DNA of 64,000 nucleotides from Magnetovibrionaceae bacterium (GTDB lineage Bacteria; Pseudomonadota; Alphaproteobacteria; Rhodospirillales; JBMYSY01): NCBI GenBank assembly GCA_049603795.1, contig JBMYSY010000010.1, positions 25,851 to 89,850 of the forward strand, read 5' to 3'. Shown piece by piece: positions 63,433 to 64,000 of this stretch (position 1 is its first letter; each line of letters starts with the position of its first letter). The notes under the pieces were generated by a model. It saw only the letters and a program-made list of their open reading frames with translations, ran no database searches and was not told where the DNA came from. The position numbers and the translations under genes were made by a program.

Positions 63433-63930
63433 TCAGCCTTTCTTGGTCACCTTGGTGACGACCATCTCGAGCCCTTTAAGCACTTTCGTGCCTTCCACAC
63501 CGCCATTGCCCTGCATGCGCTGGCTGATAACAACCTTCATGGTCTGCATGTGCACGGCGATAACGTCGATCTGCTCCGGCTTAGGCTTGGCGTCGCCCAA
63601 TCCTTCGATAAAACGACAGAGGCTGTTGCCGATAATCGTGATCAGGTCATAACCGAAAGAACCGCCCTGCCCCTTCATGTCATGGGAAATCTGGAAAACA
63701 CGGTCCAGTTTTTCCGCACTGTCGGGTTGGGCCTTCAGTTCCAAGAAGGCGGCACCAAGGCGCTTCAGATCCTCGTCCGCCCATTGAAGATAGTCGCCGG
63801 ACAGATTTTCAATGACCTGTTCCGCCTTCTTGAGCGTTTCCACATCCACAGCACCGGGACCACCTTCGCGGACCTTGTTCTTCAGCGCATTGGGGGGGCG
63901 GATAATTTCCGCTTTCGGCTCGTTCGACAT
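63433..63930 (-). CDS. Hpt (histidine phosphotransfer) domain protein
   Basis: ATG at 63930. Signature ISHDMKGQGGSFGYDLI. Confidence 0.75.
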   Translation of the reverse strand: MSNEPKAEIIRPPNALKNKVREGGPGAVDVETLKKAEQVIENLSGDYLQWADEDLKRLGAAFLELKAQPDSAEKLDRVFQISHDMKGQGGSFGYDLITIIGNSLCRFIEGLGDAKPKPEQIDVIAVHMQTMKVVISQRMQGNGGVEGTKVLKGLEMVVTKVTKKG

Positions 63931-64000
63931 GTCTTCAATCCTGTTCCGAAGAGGTTCAGGCAAAGAGTTTACTTTGCAATGTCTAAACCAGTCCTTACCT

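Noticed and set aside
1-64000. Scan for CRISPR arrays, tRNA/rRNA genes, transposases, integrases, reverse transcriptases, toxin-antitoxin pairs and known defence-system genes
   Set aside because: No regularly spaced repeats of at least 20 nt. No T-loop or anticodon-arm patterns in intergenic DNA. None of the ORF translations show DDE/tyrosine-recombinase, RT, nuclease-helicase or typical TA signatures. The only tandem repeat (37865-37907) has three 14-nt units without spacers.

Overview
High-GC chromosomal segment, probably from an alphaproteobacterium. That guess rests on a Caulobacter-style cpa/tad pilus locus, a 5-aminolevulinate synthase hemA, a ChpT-like phosphotransferase and a CtrA-type box. 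All calls come from reading the ORF translations and the DNA by eye; no similarity search was run. I support about 65 protein-coding genes. I found no tRNA or rRNA genes, CRISPR arrays, transposases or integrases.

Layout:
- 1-2.4 kb: end of a LIV-type ABC transporter.
- 2.6-8.6 kb: two convergent paralogous modules of circularly permuted ATP-grasp plus alpha-E domains, with one transglutaminase gene. This is a bioinformatically predicted but functionally unassigned peptide-ligase system.
- 9-13 kb: small accessory genes.
- 13-17.6 kb: a second LIV-type ABC operon.
- 19-20.4 kb: an Hpt-REC plus CheY pair.
- 21.2-36.2 kb: a complete Flp/Tad pilus locus, comprising a TadD-like lipoprotein, orphan fliN, tadC-tadB-cpaF-E-D-C-B-A-flp, a divergent tadG-vWA gene and a tadE/F-like pair.
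- 36-48 kb: housekeeping genes (FAH hydrolase, hemN, TPP enzyme, hspQ, pyrE) and two-component systems.
- 49-55.5 kb: a peptide-type ABC system interrupted by modABC.
- 57.3-59.8 kb: a degenerate kinase/Hpt protein convergent with a LuxO-like sigma54 activator.
- 60-64 kb: hemA, a GGDEF protein and an Hpt protein.

Most interesting observations:
1. A cassette sits inside the Tad locus between tadG and tadE/F. It holds an orphan C39-like papain-fold peptidase and a divergent small secreted six-cysteine protein. The Flp pilin carries an unusual Gly/Ala/Asp-rich tail, and one TadE-like pseudopilin has an Asp-rich Ca-binding-like insert.
2. A shared AT-rich promoter motif (core TTCAAATTTTA) lies 115-117 nt upstream of three start codons: tadG-like, tadE-like and an unrelated hypothetical membrane protein. 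A fourth copy lies upstream of flp.
3. The face-to-face ATP-grasp/alpha-E/transglutaminase modules.
4. The ChpT-like/Hpt plus LuxO-like pair.
5. A divergent flagellin/FlgL-like gene paired with a pentapeptide-repeat gene, separated by a 3x14-nt tandem repeat.

None of these can be called novel without database searches, and each finding names the decisive test.
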